Below are positions 1-7,934 of a DNA stretch of 64,000 nucleotides, in pieces (position 1 is the stretch's first letter; each line of letters opens with the position of its first letter). Origin of the DNA: Vicinamibacterales bacterium (GTDB taxonomy: Bacteria > Acidobacteriota > Vicinamibacteria > Vicinamibacterales > UBA8438); contig OZ242323.1 in the NCBI GenBank assembly GCA_965208165.1, forward strand, positions 1,364,078 to 1,428,077, in the 5' to 3' direction. Both the position numbers and the translations under genes were made by a program. The notes under the pieces were generated by a model that ran no database searches, was not told the origin of the DNA, and saw only the letters and a program-made list of their open reading frames with translations.

Positions 1-1
1 G

Positions 2-286
2 GCGTCGACCCCGGACGGCGACGGCTCGCTGCTCGACAACTCGCTGCTGCTCTACGGCGCCTCGCTCAGCGACAGCAACAAGCACCTGCACTACGACCTG
101 CCGCTGATGCTCGTCGGCGGCAGCGGCGGGCACCTGAAGGGCGGGCGGCACCTGCGGTATCCGCGGGACACGCCGATGACGAACCTGCTCGTCAGCCAGC
201 TCGACAAGGCGGGGGTGCGGCTCGACGACGGGCTGGGCGACAGCACCGGGCGTCTCAAGGAGCTGGCGCCGCTGGCGGGGGTGTAG
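2..286 (+). CDS. DUF1552 domain protein, C-terminal fragment (5' end outside window)
   Basis: Frame-2 translation ...HLHYDLPLMLVGGSGGHLKGGRHLRYPRDTPMTNLLVSQLDKAGVRLDDGLGDSTGRLKELAPLAGV* matches the C-terminus of the complete DUF1552 protein at 52752..54086 (NLPILLAGGGAGTGGRHVKY...LSLLDKMGVPIEKLGHSNGRL). Not in the ORF track because it lacks a start. Confidence 0.7.
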   Translation, partial: ASTPDGDGSLLDNSLLLYGASLSDSNKHLHYDLPLMLVGGSGGHLKGGRHLRYPRDTPMTNLLVSQLDKAGVRLDDGLGDSTGRLKELAPLAGV

Positions 287-290
287 CGAG

Positions 291-1655
291 GTGCGGACGA
301 TGCACCATGGTCCGGCCCGCACGCGCCCGTGCGGCCTCGCCGGCGTCCTTGCGGTGATGCTCGGCTGGGCGGGAGCATCCGCGGCGCAGCCGGCAGACGA
401 TGCGACGCCGCTGCACCGGGCCGCGCACGCTGGCGACGGGGCAGCGGTCGCCCGGCTGCTGGACGCGGGCGGCGAGGCCGACGCCGCGACTCGCCACGGG
501 GTGACGCCGCTGGCGCTGGCGGCGGCCGGCGGCCATGACGCCGTCGTGGAGGCGCTGCTCGCGGCCGGGGCCGACGCCAACCGGGCGTCGCCGGACGGCG
601 AGTCGCCGCTGATGGCGGCGGCGCGGACCGGCGCCGTCGACAGCGTCGAGGCGTTGCTGCGGCACGGGGCCGCGGCGGGCGTGGACGCCCGCGAAGGGTG
701 GCGCGGGCAGACCGCGCTGATGTGGGCGGCGGCCGAGGGCCATGCAGCGGTCGTCGACCCGCTGGTAGCGGCGGGGGCGGACGTCGACGCCCGCTCCGAC
801 GCCGGGTTCACGCCGCTCGCATTCGCCGTCCGCGCCGGCCATGGCGCCGCCGTGGAGACTCTGCTCGCGGCCGGGGCCGACGTGAACCTCGCCCTGCCCG
901 ACGGCACCAGCCCCCTCCACCTCGCGGTCGTCAACGCCCAATACGACGTGGCGGTGCAGCTTCTGGAGCACGACGCCGACGCCGCAGCCGCCGGGCCGGG
1001 ATGGACACCGCTCCACCAGCTCGTCTGGACGCGCCGGCCGAACCGGCACTACAACAACCCGTCGGCGTTCCCGACCGGCGTTGTTAGCGATCTCGAGCTG
1101 GCCCGCGCCCTCGTCGCCCACGGCGCCGACGTCGACGCCCGCCAGACGGCGGAGCCGCGCGACGGCTACCGCAACCAGCTCAACCGCACCAGCGCGACCC
1201 CGTTCCTCCTCGCGGCCAAGGCCGTCGATCTCGACCTGATGCGTTTGCTCCTGGAGCTCGGCGCCGAACCGCTGACCGAGAACGAGGACGGCACCACCGC
1301 ACTGTTGGTGGCGGCCGGCGTAGGCATCTGGTCGTCGAGCGAGAGCCCCGGCAGCGCCGAGGAGGCGCTGGAGGCGGTGAAGCTGATGGTGGCGCTGGGC
1401 GACTCGGTCGCCACCGTCGACGCCAACGGCGACGCCGCCCTCCACGGCGCCGTCATGCGCGGCTCGCCCGAGCTCGTCCTCTACCTGCTCGAGCGCGGCG
1501 CGGCCCTGAACCCCGTCAACGAGAACGGGTGGACGCCCCTGACCATCGCCCAGGGCATCTTCTACGCCAACCTCGGCCGGCGCTGGCCCGACATGGAGGC
1601 GCTGCTCCTCGGTCTTGGGGCCACCTCGCCCACCGCGCCGGAGCCCCCGCGATAG
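291..1655 (+). CDS. secreted ankyrin-repeat protein
   Basis: Signal peptide, then more than 10 tandem ANK repeats (TPLHxAAxxGHxxVVxxLLxAGADVN). Starts 4 nt after the DUF1552 stop. Confidence 0.9.
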   Translation: MRTMHHGPARTRPCGLAGVLAVMLGWAGASAAQPADDATPLHRAAHAGDGAAVARLLDAGGEADAATRHGVTPLALAAAGGHDAVVEALLAAGADANRASPDGESPLMAAARTGAVDSVEALLRHGAAAGVDAREGWRGQTALMWAAAEGHAAVVDPLVAAGADVDARSDAGFTPLAFAVRAGHGAAVETLLAAGADVNLALPDGTSPLHLAVVNAQYDVAVQLLEHDADAAAAGPGWTPLHQLVWTRRPNRHYNNPSAFPTGVVSDLELARALVAHGADVDARQTAEPRDGYRNQLNRTSATPFLLAAKAVDLDLMRLLLELGAEPLTENEDGTTALLVAAGVGIWSSSESPGSAEEALEAVKLMVALGDSVATVDANGDAALHGAVMRGSPELVLYLLERGAALNPVNENGWTPLTIAQGIFYANLGRRWPDMEALLLGLGATSPTAPEPPR

Positions 1656-1792
1656 GCGCGGGACGCCTGCGCCGTTCCTTCAGGCCTGGGTGTCGCGGGC
1701 ACGTTCACGATCGACCGGCGTGCTCCGAAGGAGTTTCCCCAGGGCGCGCAACCCCCGCGCGAGAATGGGGTTCGGTTCCTGTTCCGGCCTCA

Positions 1793-2782
1793 TCACACCG
1801 TCGACCGCAGCCGTCGCCCCAGCACGGTCAGCCGGTACTTCTGGTTCCTGGCGTTGGGTGCGTCGGGGCGGGTCATCTCCACGTACCCGTCCTGCAGCGC
1901 GGGCGACAGGTAGCGTTCGCGCAGCGACTTGCGGTCGCTGAGGCCGAGAGCATGGAGGATGTCGCGCCGCGACATCTCGCCGGTCAGCACGGACAACAGG
2001 CGCCGGACTTGGGGGGTTATATGGGGGGCTTCCTGGGGGGTCCGGACCGCGGCGAGAATCGCGTCCAGCATGAAGGCGACGAAGCGCGTGCTCTCGCCCT
2101 CGGCGGAGCTCTCCCGGATGGCCTGGTAGTACTCGCTCTGCCGGGCGCGGACGAGGCTCTCGACGGGCACGGAGGCGAACAGGGTCTTCCAACGGGTCAG
2201 GATCAGCGTCTGCCAGAGCCGGCCCATCCGCCCGTTGCCGTCCTCGAAGGGATGGATGAACTCGAACTCGTAGTGGAAGACCGAGCTGGCGATCAACGGG
2301 TGCTCGTCGGTGCCGCCGAGCCACGCCAGCAGCTCGGCCATCAGCGACGGCACACGCGCTGCCGGCGGGCCCACGTGGTGGACCCGGTCCTGGCCCATCA
2401 CCGCCACACTGCCGCGACGATAGTGGCCGGGGGCATCCACGAGGCCGGTCATCAGGACCTCGTGGGCGTTCAGCAGGTCGGCCTCGCTGGCCGGGTCCCA
2501 CCGCTCGTAGCGATCGTAGGCCTTGATGGCGTTCCGGGCCTCCTGAACGTCCCTCAACGGGGCGACGACGGGCTTGCCGTCGAGAATCGTGGAGATCTGC
2601 TCCTCGGTGAGGATGTTGCCCTCGATGGCCAACGAACCCTGGATCGAGCGGATGCGGTTGATGCGCCGTAGTCGAAGATCCTGTGAGAGGCCACCCGCCT
2701 CGGTGCGGCCGACCGCTTCCGCGATCTGCGCGACCCGGGACAGTATGCCCGTGGTGATGCGGTAAGGCGGTTCGTGGCTCAT
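1793..2782 (-). CDS. Fic family protein (class II, AMPylation/filamentation domain)
   Basis: Fic active-site motif HPFEDGNGRMGR; N-terminal inhibitory S-x-x-x-E-G/N motif (SLAIEGN). Start MSHEPP at 2782; the longer track ORF has an unsupported 5' extension. Confidence 0.85.
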   Translation of the reverse strand: MSHEPPYRITTGILSRVAQIAEAVGRTEAGGLSQDLRLRRINRIRSIQGSLAIEGNILTEEQISTILDGKPVVAPLRDVQEARNAIKAYDRYERWDPASEADLLNAHEVLMTGLVDAPGHYRRGSVAVMGQDRVHHVGPPAARVPSLMAELLAWLGGTDEHPLIASSVFHYEFEFIHPFEDGNGRMGRLWQTLILTRWKTLFASVPVESLVRARQSEYYQAIRESSAEGESTRFVAFMLDAILAAVRTPQEAPHITPQVRRLLSVLTGEMSRRDILHALGLSDRKSLRERYLSPALQDGYVEMTRPDAPNARNQKYRLTVLGRRLRSTV

Positions 2783-2825
2783 GCTTCTCACCCGACTCAA
2801 CGGCGCGACGGTGGGTGATGCGCGG

Positions 2826-3203
2826 CTACGCCGCCATCGTACGGATGCCGTAGAGCGGAATCCGCGCATCGCGGGTGACGACCACCAGCCCCTCCACCTG
2901 CGCCTGCGCGACCAGCATCCGGTCGAACGGATCGCCATGATGGGGTGGAAGTGCGCCGGCCTGCTCCGCGTGCTGGAACGTAAGGTCCAGCGGGAGGAAA
3001 CCCTGCTGCCGGACGCCGGCTTCCAGATCGTCCGGGGCCTCGAGCTTGCCCAGCGCCCGCTTGATTGCGATCTCCCAGCCGCTGACCGCGCTGACGAAGA
3101 TGTCGTTGTGCGCATCAGCCAGCGCCGCGCGCGTCCCGCCGCTCAGCTTCCGCGGCTCGGTCAGCGACCAGAGCAGCGCGTGCGTGTCCAGCAGCAGGCG
3201 CAC
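2826..3203 (-). CDS. vapC: PIN-domain toxin VapC
   Basis: PIN N-terminus (V)RLLLDTHALLW...; GTG start overlaps the upstream antitoxin stop by 4 nt. Confidence 0.75.
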   Translation of the reverse strand: MRLLLDTHALLWSLTEPRKLSGGTRAALADAHNDIFVSAVSGWEIAIKRALGKLEAPDDLEAGVRQQGFLPLDLTFQHAEQAGALPPHHGDPFDRMLVAQAQVEGLVVVTRDARIPLYGIRTMAA

Positions 3204-3205
3204 GA

Positions 3206-3463
3206 CTACTCTTCCTCTTCGCCGGGGAATATTCTCGAGTTCCAGAACGCCTCGATCACGTCCGGCGGCGTCTCGTCGAAGTCCGGAGCCATCCAGATTT
3301 GGCCTTCCAGCGCCCCGAGCCTGCGCTTGGCCTTCGGTTCGCGGTAGGGGACCAGCCGCAGATACGGCTCGCCGGCCTTGGCGATCACGACGTCCTCCCC
3401 CGCCCACGCCGCCTTCGCAAGCCGCGAGAGCTGCGACTTCGCCTCGTGCATGTTCACCTTCAT
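3206..3463 (-). CDS. Phd/YefM-family antitoxin
   Basis: MKVNMHEAKSQLSRLAKAA..GEDVVIAKAGEPYLRLVP is typical of a prevent-host-death antitoxin. AAGGAG RBS upstream; 4-nt overlap with VapC. Confidence 0.7.
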   Translation of the reverse strand: MKVNMHEAKSQLSRLAKAAWAGEDVVIAKAGEPYLRLVPYREPKAKRRLGALEGQIWMAPDFDETPPDVIEAFWNSRIFPGEEEE

Positions 3464-3478
3464 CGGTCTCCTTCGCGC

Positions 3479-3498
3479 CCTAGCTAGACCTAGCTAGG
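3479..3498. promoter_or_regulatory. putative operator: CTAGCTAG-AC-CTAGCTAG double palindrome upstream of the Phd-VapC-Fic operon
   Basis: Two copies of the palindromic octamer CTAGCTAG, 2 nt apart, about 16 nt upstream of the antitoxin RBS. Typical position for an antitoxin autoregulatory site. Confidence 0.4.
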
Positions 3499-3555
3499 TT
3501 ACAGTCGCGCCATGGCCTCGTCAAGCGGGTGTTCCGGAGGGATGCCGGGCGAGCG

Positions 3556-3996
3556 CTATCCCGGCTGCGGCGGCGTGTGGACGATCTCGTACTTGATGCC
3601 CTCGGGGTCCTTGAAGAAGAGCGCGTAGTAGCCCGGCGGGACGTACTCGGGGAACTCGCGCGGCGGGATCACGATCGTGGCTCCGATCTCCTTCAGCTCG
3701 AGATGCAGCCGATCGACCTCGGCGCGCGACTCCGCCCTGAACGCGAGGTGATGCAGCGCGCCGGGCCTGCGGCGGTTGACGGCATCGCCCCGGAACGCGC
3801 TCCTCGGCGAGTTGATGGCGAAGCCCAGCCGCGGATGCAGGTACTCGACGACGTGCAGCTCGTGATCGTCCAGCACGGCGCTGTTCCTGCTCTCGAGATC
3901 GAAGCCGAGGAGCGGAAGCAGCTTGTCGTAGAAGGGCACCGCGACGCTCATGTCCTTCACGGTGATCTCGATGTGGTCGATCATCGGCTCCATCAC
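3556..3996 (-). CDS. VOC (glyoxalase/bleomycin-resistance/dioxygenase) family protein
   Basis: MIDHIEITVKDMSVAVPFYDKLLPLLGF...; size and pattern fit the VOC fold. Confidence 0.8.
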   Translation of the reverse strand: MMEPMIDHIEITVKDMSVAVPFYDKLLPLLGFDLESRNSAVLDDHELHVVEYLHPRLGFAINSPRSAFRGDAVNRRRPGALHHLAFRAESRAEVDRLHLELKEIGATIVIPPREFPEYVPPGYYALFFKDPEGIKYEIVHTPPQPG

Positions 3997-4023
3997 GCCA
4001 TCCCCTTCCTCGACTCGGTGGCT

Positions 4024-4416
4024 TCACGCCGGAGACTCGACATCGAGACCCGCCGCGACGGCGGCGGCGCGGAGCCGGAGGTCGTAGGTCACCAGGGCTT
4101 CGAGTCCGTCCAGCGACAGCGCGGTGGCGAGGTGAACGGCATCGAGGCTGCGCAGGGGGGCCGGTCCCAGTGCAGCGGCGTCATGCAGGATCGCTTCGTC
4201 CACGGCGACCAGGGCGATTCCCTCCAGGATCTGCTCCGCCCGGCGCGGCGCAGCCCGCGAGCGGCCGTGCGTGCGGCGCAGCGCCCGGAGCACCTCGACG
4301 CGGACGAGACCGCTGGCGACGCGGTCCTCATGGTCGGCGAGGAACCGGCGGAGTGCTTCCGACTCGGGCTCCGGTACGACGAGCTTGACGATGGCGGAGG
4401 AGTCGAGGTAGACCAC
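4024..4416 (-). CDS. vapC: PIN-domain toxin VapC (second copy)
   Basis: MVYLDSSAIVKLVVPEPESEAL...LDAVHLATAL is a classic VapC. Confidence 0.8.
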   Translation of the reverse strand: MVYLDSSAIVKLVVPEPESEALRRFLADHEDRVASGLVRVEVLRALRRTHGRSRAAPRRAEQILEGIALVAVDEAILHDAAALGPAPLRSLDAVHLATALSLDGLEALVTYDLRLRAAAVAAGLDVESPA

Positions 4417-4422
4417 GGCGGC

Positions 4423-4716
4423 TCAGAGCCGATCGTCGCGGTCGGCGACGAGCGCATCGCTCGCCGCCGTCGACGGTTCGCCCGGCGGCGACGGCAGGTC
4501 GAGAAGGTCCCGTGCCGGCATGCGTGCGCGCCCCTGCGCAACGAGCTTCTCGAGCGGCGACTGACTGCTGGCGAGCGGGATGAGCAGGGCCACCGGCCTG
4601 CCGCGGTCGGTGATCTCGAATCGTTCGCCGCCATCCAGGCGCCGCAGGTACACGCTCAGGTTCTGCCGCAGCTCGCGTATGCCCACTCGGGAGGTGCCGG
4701 CAACTGTCCGGGACAT
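4423..4716 (-). CDS. Phd/YefM-family antitoxin (second copy)
   Basis: MSRTVAGTSRVGIRELRQNLSVYLRRLDGGERFEITDRGRPVALLIP; ends 7 nt before VapC. Confidence 0.7.
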   Translation of the reverse strand: MSRTVAGTSRVGIRELRQNLSVYLRRLDGGERFEITDRGRPVALLIPLASSQSPLEKLVAQGRARMPARDLLDLPSPPGEPSTAASDALVADRDDRL

Positions 4717-4777
4717 CTTGACGCACATCGTAGCACATGGGCCGGCTGCACACGGATGGTCTTGGTCCGGCGGTCAA

Positions 4778-5791
4778 TCAGGGCTGGCGATCGTTCCCGA
4801 TGCGCGCGATCGCGGTCGTCGCCGCCAGGCCGGCAAGCATCAGGGCCAGCGCGGCGCCGACCTGGCCGGCGGAAGGGGCGAAGCGCGCGAGCGGCCAATC
4901 GGCCGGGTCGATGCCGGGGAGGGACGCCTCGGTGACGACCTGCCCCCCGACGATCGACCCCGGGGGCGGCTCGACCGGTTGCTGGAAGGGCCAGAGCCCG
5001 GCCACCGCGCCGAGCAGGAGCCCGAGCAGGGCGCCGAGCGTCGCCTGACGGTAGCGGTCGAGCAGCCAGCGCAGCAGGTTGGAGACGCCGACGATGCCGG
5101 CGGCAACACCGAGCCCGACCGGCAGCAGGAGCGCCGAGGCGTCGAGCAGCAGCCCGATGTCCACGTCGAGCAGCCCGGCCCTCAGCGTGTCGACGGCGCC
5201 GAGAATCGTCTCGTACTGGCCGAGCAGCAGCAGCAGGTAGCCGCCGCTGACGCCGGGCAGGATCATCGCCGAGGCGCCGGCCAGGCCCGACAGGAAGAGC
5301 AGGGGCCCGCTCGCCTCGCCGCCCGCGCTTCCGGCGCCGAGGCCGAGCTGCATGAGCAGCATCAGGAGGGCGGCGCCGACCGCGGCGGCGTAGACGGCCG
5401 GGGTGGCGGGTCGGGCGAGCCGCCACACGAGGGGCACGCCGCCGAGGGTGAGGCCGATGAACAGGCTGTACATGGACCAGCGCTGCTCGATCACGAGGCT
5501 GCGCATGGGTCCCGCGAGGAGCAGGATGGCCAGGGCCGCCGCCCCGCCGACGGCGCCGAGCATCACGAGGGTGCGCCGGTCGAACCGGAACGTGGTGACG
5601 TCGGCGATCGCGGCGATGAACGCGGGGTAGACGCCGGCCGCGAGCAGCATGGTGCCGCCGCTGATGCCGGGGACGAGATTGGCGAGGCCCATGAGGGCTC
5701 CGCCGATCGCACCGCGAATGGTGAGGGACGCGAGCGAGCCGGCGGCGGCCGGCTCCGCGGTGTCGGCGGTCATCGGAGGGCTGGCGGCCAT
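4778..5791 (-). CDS. polytopic membrane protein with internal duplication (two PG(I/V)SGG motifs); possibly DUF368-like
   Basis: Many TM helices; repeated VPGISGGTMLLAAG / LPGVSGGYLLLLLG motifs. The 5' extension in the track ORF runs through a tandem repeat and is unlikely to be coding. Family assignment is tentative. Confidence 0.65.
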   Translation of the reverse strand: MAASPPMTADTAEPAAAGSLASLTIRGAIGGALMGLANLVPGISGGTMLLAAGVYPAFIAAIADVTTFRFDRRTLVMLGAVGGAAALAILLLAGPMRSLVIEQRWSMYSLFIGLTLGGVPLVWRLARPATPAVYAAAVGAALLMLLMQLGLGAGSAGGEASGPLLFLSGLAGASAMILPGVSGGYLLLLLGQYETILGAVDTLRAGLLDVDIGLLLDASALLLPVGLGVAAGIVGVSNLLRWLLDRYRQATLGALLGLLLGAVAGLWPFQQPVEPPPGSIVGGQVVTEASLPGIDPADWPLARFAPSAGQVGAALALMLAGLAATTAIARIGNDRQP

Positions 5792-5924
5792 CAGGACGCC
5801 CGCGAGATCGGCGCGTGGCGCCGCCCCGCCGTGGCGTCGGCGGTCATCGGAGGGCTGGCGGCTGCTCCGGTCCGGCCGGCTCGTTGGTGCGGCGCGACAC
5901 CGGCGGCCGGTCCCTCGGGGACCG

Positions 5925-6136
5925 CGCCGCCGGGTCGAAGCGAGACGCCGCCGGGTCGAAGCGAGACGCCGCCGGGTCAAAGCGAGACGCCGCCGGGTCG
6001 AAGCGAGACGCCGCCGGGTCGCGAGAAGCCGGCCGGGTCAAAGCGAGACGCCGACCGGGTTGAAGCGAGACGCCGGCCGGGTCGAAGCGAGAAACCGGCC
6101 GGGTCGAAGCGAGAAGCCGGCCGAGTCGGAGCAGAG
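5925..6136. repeat. tandem repeat, 21-bp unit x about 10 (GCCGGGTCGAAGCGAGACGCC)
   Basis: Head-to-tail copies that degenerate toward the 3' side; intergenic. Confidence 0.85.
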
Positions 6137-6143
6137 GCGGCCG

Positions 6144-7151
6144 CTACTGCTGCGATTCCTCCTCGGCCGCGGCCCTGTCGTCCGCCCGCGCCCCGGACAG
6201 GATGCCCTCCATCGAGTAGTTCCCCTCGTGGCAGGCGTACTCGAACAACGGCGTGTCGGTCCGCTGCATGGGCATCGACGCCGTCCAGGGGACCGCCCAG
6301 GTGTCGAGGTCGTTCACCGTGAACGTGTACTCGAGGGTGTCGTCGTCCAGCCGGGTGAACCGCTCCACCAGGGTGAAGCTGTCGCTCGACGCCACGCCGG
6401 AGCCCCCCGAGGTCAGCGGGATCCACTGGCGCTGGTCGTTGAAGTTCGCCGACTCGATGACCAGCGTGTCGCCCTCCCAGTAGCCGCGCGAGTCGCCCGT
6501 CCACAGGCGGATGCCGTCGTCGAGGGCGGGGCGTCCGTCGAGGGGCACGATGCGCGAGGTGTGCACCATCTCGGTGTGGATGACCACGTGGTCGGGGGTC
6601 TGGAAGAGCTGCATGTTCTGGTTGTAGGCGAGCGGCGTGATGGGGGGGCCGGCGTTGAACCCCACGATGCACCGGTCGGACGTGTTGCGGTCGGTGTAGG
6701 TGTCGGCGGGGTGCTCGGCCATGTGCGCCCGCCGCGCCTCGGCGCGCTCGGCGCCGACCTCGGACAGCTCGGGGAACCGGCCGTTCGGAGGATCGGTGAT
6801 GAGCGACGTGCGCCGCGTCTCGATGGGCCGGGTGCCCCGGTCCATCCAGAAGTTGTTGTAGGCGCCGACGTTGCCGCCAGCCTCGGTCCTCTGCGCCTCG
6901 CGCTCCCAGAGCTCGATGTCGCGCTCCACGGCCTCCCGCTCGAGGGTCGCGGCCTCCTCCGGCGTATAGAACGCCTGGTCGCCCAGGTCTTCCGGCCGCT
7001 CCAGCGGGGTGATGGTGCGGAAGTCCCAGATGCCCTGCAGATCCGGCGCCCCCCACGGGGTCCGGGGCGCGTCCTGGGCCGCCGCCGGGGCCGCGGTCAG
7101 CCCCGCGATGGCGATCACGGCGAGCGCCGCGACGAGAGAACGATTGGTCAT
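6144..7151 (-). CDS. hypothetical secreted protein
   Basis: Signal peptide MTNRSLVAALAVIAIAGLTAAPAAAQ; long ORF in the correct-strand context; no recognised domain. Confidence 0.6.
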   Translation of the reverse strand: MTNRSLVAALAVIAIAGLTAAPAAAQDAPRTPWGAPDLQGIWDFRTITPLERPEDLGDQAFYTPEEAATLEREAVERDIELWEREAQRTEAGGNVGAYNNFWMDRGTRPIETRRTSLITDPPNGRFPELSEVGAERAEARRAHMAEHPADTYTDRNTSDRCIVGFNAGPPITPLAYNQNMQLFQTPDHVVIHTEMVHTSRIVPLDGRPALDDGIRLWTGDSRGYWEGDTLVIESANFNDQRQWIPLTSGGSGVASSDSFTLVERFTRLDDDTLEYTFTVNDLDTWAVPWTASMPMQRTDTPLFEYACHEGNYSMEGILSGARADDRAAAEEESQQ

Positions 7152-7405
7152 TGCATCCACCTCCTGGTGTCCCGGTCGTCTTTCCGTGTCCTGCCAATCA
7201 TCGATCCGGAGGGTGGTCGCGCGCAAGGACGGATCGGGCCGATCCTCGACACGGCGGTGTCCGCCGCCGGCGCACCACTGCCGACGGTACGGCCGCCCGG
7301 GACTCGGAGAGCCCGAGTCCGTGGCTGACCCCCCGCCGCATCATTCGATCTCCCTCACGTTCCCCGAGCCGGACGGGCGTGCAATGGCGGCGCGCGGCCG
7401 TATCC

Positions 7406-7781
7406 CTACTGGTCCTTGAAGTAGTGGTCCGTGTGGTCCAGCCAGTCCTGCCGCGGGGGGCTGAAGATGTCGACGTCGAGCGTCTCTTCGAGGGCCTCGG
7501 CCTTGTGCGGGACGTTCGACGGCAGGCGCAGGACCTCGCCCTCGGCGACGTCGAAGACCTGCGAGAGGTCGTCGCCCACCCAGAACCGGAGCTTGCCCTT
7601 GAGGATGTAGGCGAGCTGCTCGTTGTGGTGCGAGCTCGGGCACGATGGCGCCCTTCTCGAGGTAGACGTGGGCCACCATAGTGCTCGCGCCGGTCACGAT
7701 CCGGCGCTCGATGCGGTTGGTGACCCGCTCCCTGGGCATGTCGTTCCATGCGAACTTGGCGACGTCGGTCGGGTTGGCCAT
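7406..7781 (-). pseudogene. cupin-domain protein with +1 frameshift (pseudogene or sequencing error)
   Basis: N-terminus MANPTDVAKFAWNDMPRERVTNRIERRIVTGASTMVAHVYLEKGAIVP, then the cupin continues in another frame (SHHNEQLAYILKGKLRFWVGDDLSQVFDVAEGEVLRLPSNVPHKAEALEETLDVDIFSPP..DQ*) from about 7636. Total length is not a multiple of 3. Confidence 0.55.
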
Positions 7782-7934
7782 GGAGTCCAGTGTACGCGAG
7801 CTCGCGTCCGGGGAACCGTCGTCCTGGGGCGATTGGCGGAGTTGACACCCCGGGGGGCAGCGCCGATCATGGCGGCGAAACCGTCTTCCGCGCCGAGTGC
7901 GGGCCGCGCCGCAGCCCGGCGAACAGGAGCCGCG

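Noticed and set aside
255-1445. 396-aa minus-strand ORF overlapping the ankyrin gene. Similar long antisense ORFs occur at 5649..7328 (+), 15198..17930 (-), 15293..18448 (+, except its HigA tail), 33472..36159 (-), 33885..36161 (+), 39171..42518 (-), 45565..49800 (+), 47027..49795 (-), 60583..62097 (-) and 61227..63224 (+).
   Set aside because: These are shadow ORFs, common in 70% GC DNA where stop codons are rare. Their translations are low-complexity Arg/Pro/Gly-rich with no domain signatures, and each overlaps a strongly supported gene on the other strand or frame.
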